64,000 nucleotides of DNA from Octopus sinensis (taxonomy: Eukaryota). This document shows positions 61,632 through 64,000 of this stretch, in pieces (position 1 is the first letter of the stretch; each line of letters opens with the position of its first letter). The translations under genes were made by a program, and so were the position numbers. The stretch spans positions 119,846,001 through 119,910,000 of the forward strand of contig NC_042998.1 in the NCBI RefSeq assembly GCF_006345805.1, read 5' to 3'. Below the pieces are notes generated by a model. It did not search any database. It had not been told where the DNA came from and worked only from the letters and a program-made list of their open reading frames with translations.

Positions 61632-62460
61632 AACCAGCAGTATAACCTGGCCTTACCCGGAATTAAGTTACGATTATTAAGCGAATCAAGTTCTTTATTT
61701 CAAACCAAACTTAGTAATATCAACTCTCAACAAAACACTTTTTTACTTGGTGTAAAATAAAAACAAAACTCTTTCGCACCCAAAGTAATGTGTGTGAGAG
61801 AGAGAGGGGGAGAAAGATGAACGATTTAAAATAAATATATTGTAATTGTTGTGTGAAAAAGTATATATGCTATGATTATAAAATATAGTGTCTTTCAAAA
61901 GCATCCTGAATATGAACACTATATCTCGTGTTTAAGAAAAAAACAAAACATTTTACATTTTATTTTTTATGAACGTCATCACTTACTCTCTCTCTCTCTC
62001 TCTCCCTCTCTCTATCTCTCACTTTGTCTTTCCCTTTTTTTTGTTTAGACGCCGTGATACTCTCTTCCACTTTATCTTATTTTTTTTTGTTAGATGCCAT
62101 CAAAAAGCTATGGCTGATATTTTTTATGAACGTCATCACTTACTCTCTCTCTCCCTCTCTCACTTTGTCTTTCCCGTGAAACTCTCTGCCCCTCTTCCAC
62201 TTTTCTTTATCTTATTATTTTTTATTAGACGCCGTCAAAAAGCTATGGCTGATATTTTTTATGGCTAAAAGCTATGGCTGAAAATAGAATTTTACTGCTA
62301 TCCGCAGGTGCCTCGGGATAAAAATAAGGTGACAAAACCCAGATAGGGTGTTAACAAATGTCCTCCTAAAATTTGAGCAATATGCGTGCTAATTTGTGGA
62401 TGTGCATAAATTACAATCACGTACACATACACACACATCATACCTTTTATAGATATGATT
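61632..62460 (-). mobile_element. Probable non-autonomous Helitron with internal tandem duplication of about 150 bp (61963-62282)
   Basis: Left end accagcagtataacctggccttacccgg resembles the 3' end at 3253 (CTGG fits CTRR); candidate 5' end atcatatctataaaagg near 62458. Confidence 0.5.
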
Positions 62461-62648
62461 AAACGGCATTCTGACACCATTACTGGATTGATAGGGCAGT
62501 AGCTGTGTACTATAAAAGGTCGCTCTCTCTCTCTCTCTTGTTATCTTAGTGTAACAATATTCTCTTGTCTTAAAATTATTCCAGATCGTCTACTAATCTG
62601 TAGTCATCCAACATTTTCACATATAATATCTTCTATTCTTCCTTCAAG

Positions 62649-63142
62649 GTAACCCACTCTGTATTCAGACCAATCCAGCATTTTCCGTCGATAACATTGT
62701 CCTTAATACTCCAGTCGCCACATTCCAGGATGAGATGAGTATAGAACTGGAAATTTTCAGTAACTTGCCAAGAGAAGTGTTCATCAGCCAGATATCTCTT
62801 GGTTTCTCACATGAGGCCAGTGAAGGGAGTCAGAAGCGTAGTCTTTCCAGACAGCCTAGCTTATATGGAACTGTAGATGAACCTGTAATGAATTTCCAAA
62901 CTATTAGACCTCAGTTGCCTTCCCAAATCAATGTTGTATCAGCCACTGATGTAAAACAAGAGAAATTGCAATCAAGCAGCATTATATGTACTAATACCAA
63001 TGAACTTTTGAAACGAGCTGATAGTATCCAAGGCTCTGTTTCTGATTCAATTTACAAACTGAACTACAAACTCAGTTTAACTGCCAAAGATGTATTAATA
63101 AAACCTGGTGTTAATCTAGTCACAGTAAAGAGTCAAGTTGAT
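62649..63142 (+). CDS. TRAPPC10: TRAPPC10 exon 14 (GNPLCIQT...MSIELEIFSNLP...VTVKSQVD)
   Basis: 494 nt; ttccttcaag|GT...GAT|gtgagt; in-frame TAA at 62624 bounds the acceptor. Confidence 0.92.
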
Positions 63143-64000
63143 GTGAGTTTCCTTATCAATTTTTATATATATCTAAACATGTTATGTATCCCTGGTAGTC
63201 AGTTATCTTAAGGGAAACAAATCCTTCTAGATTAAGTTAGATTGAGACAGGTGTGAAAGTTTCAAATTTAAATCAAATGATAAAAAAGATGTACAGAATG
63301 TACACATATCATATTTCTTTTTCCTACACATTATAAAAATCTTAGAATTTCTACTTTTTGCTAGCCATGGTATACATTTTTTAATGATTTGATCACAAGG
63401 AGAAGAGTAGCATCCCTGATTTCATTTCTCAGGGCTTCTTAGACTGAAATTTCTTCTAAGATCTAAGATTTCACTTGAATGCTTGCAATGTAGTGCACTT
63501 CACTAAAGACATGCAAAAGCCAGGTATTGGTATGAAACTGAGTGATGAATTAAATCTATCATGTAAGAGTAAGTACAGTTCATGCATGTCCATATCTGCA
63601 CATGTCAATGATCTTGGCCATATTAATTTTCTGAACCTCAAACTCTGGAGACCGACAAGAAATTACATTTTTAATAAATAAATATCTACAATATTCCATG
63701 AAATTGTTGATTAGTATCTTAAAATAGGTATTTAAATTAGCTTTTAGTTAACTGCTAATGCAATTAACTTCTATTGATTTTTAATGCATTTAATATTTGT
63801 TGTTGTTTTTCAAAAAGAAAAGCATTTTTTCGAATTTTGTCAATTAACATATTATGGAAAAAATTTTTCAGAGCTGTAAACGAGGACTATACAAGCTTGG
63901 TCAACTATGTATTGAAATGGGTCACTTGGAATTCATTCGCCACAACATGGCTAATAACATTTTTGTAGAAATAGTCTGCCAACAGCCTTTCTTTGAAGTA

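Overview
AT-rich, repeat-dense animal genomic DNA, most likely from an octopus or other coleoid cephalopod. This is inferred from recalled SINE/RTE repeat families and is not proven. Two conserved genes lie head-to-head. ALKBH3 is complete on the minus strand: 7 coding exons from 37841 to 25284, 285 aa, with HxD...H and RxxxxxR catalytic motifs intact. TRAPPC10 is on the plus strand: the first 14 coding exons run from 40022 to 63142, all splice phases are consistent, and the gene continues beyond the window. The first 25 kb is mostly mobile DNA: the 3' end of one Gypsy element, a near-complete 3.8-kb Mag-like Gypsy provirus with 5-bp TSD, non-autonomous Helitrons, and CR1, RTE, Penelope and Merlin remnants. 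Introns carry RTE tails, tRNA-derived SINEs, and Tigger and maT fragments. Top leads: (1) the provirus has no canonical TGG primer-binding site; the 12 nt abutting its 5' LTR are instead complementary to nt 1-12 of tRNA-Phe, suggesting priming by a 5' tRNA fragment; (2) the same provirus keeps an intact G GGA AAC slippery site plus pseudoknot; (3) ALKBH3 reads HTDKN where the human enzyme reads HSDDE, at codons that A-to-I editing could turn acidic; (4) a 111-bp-arm intronic hairpin; (5) a 125-bp templated insertion; (6) a foldback containing hammerhead-ribozyme core motifs. All translations and alignments were done by eye; repeat boundaries are approximate unless termini are stated.
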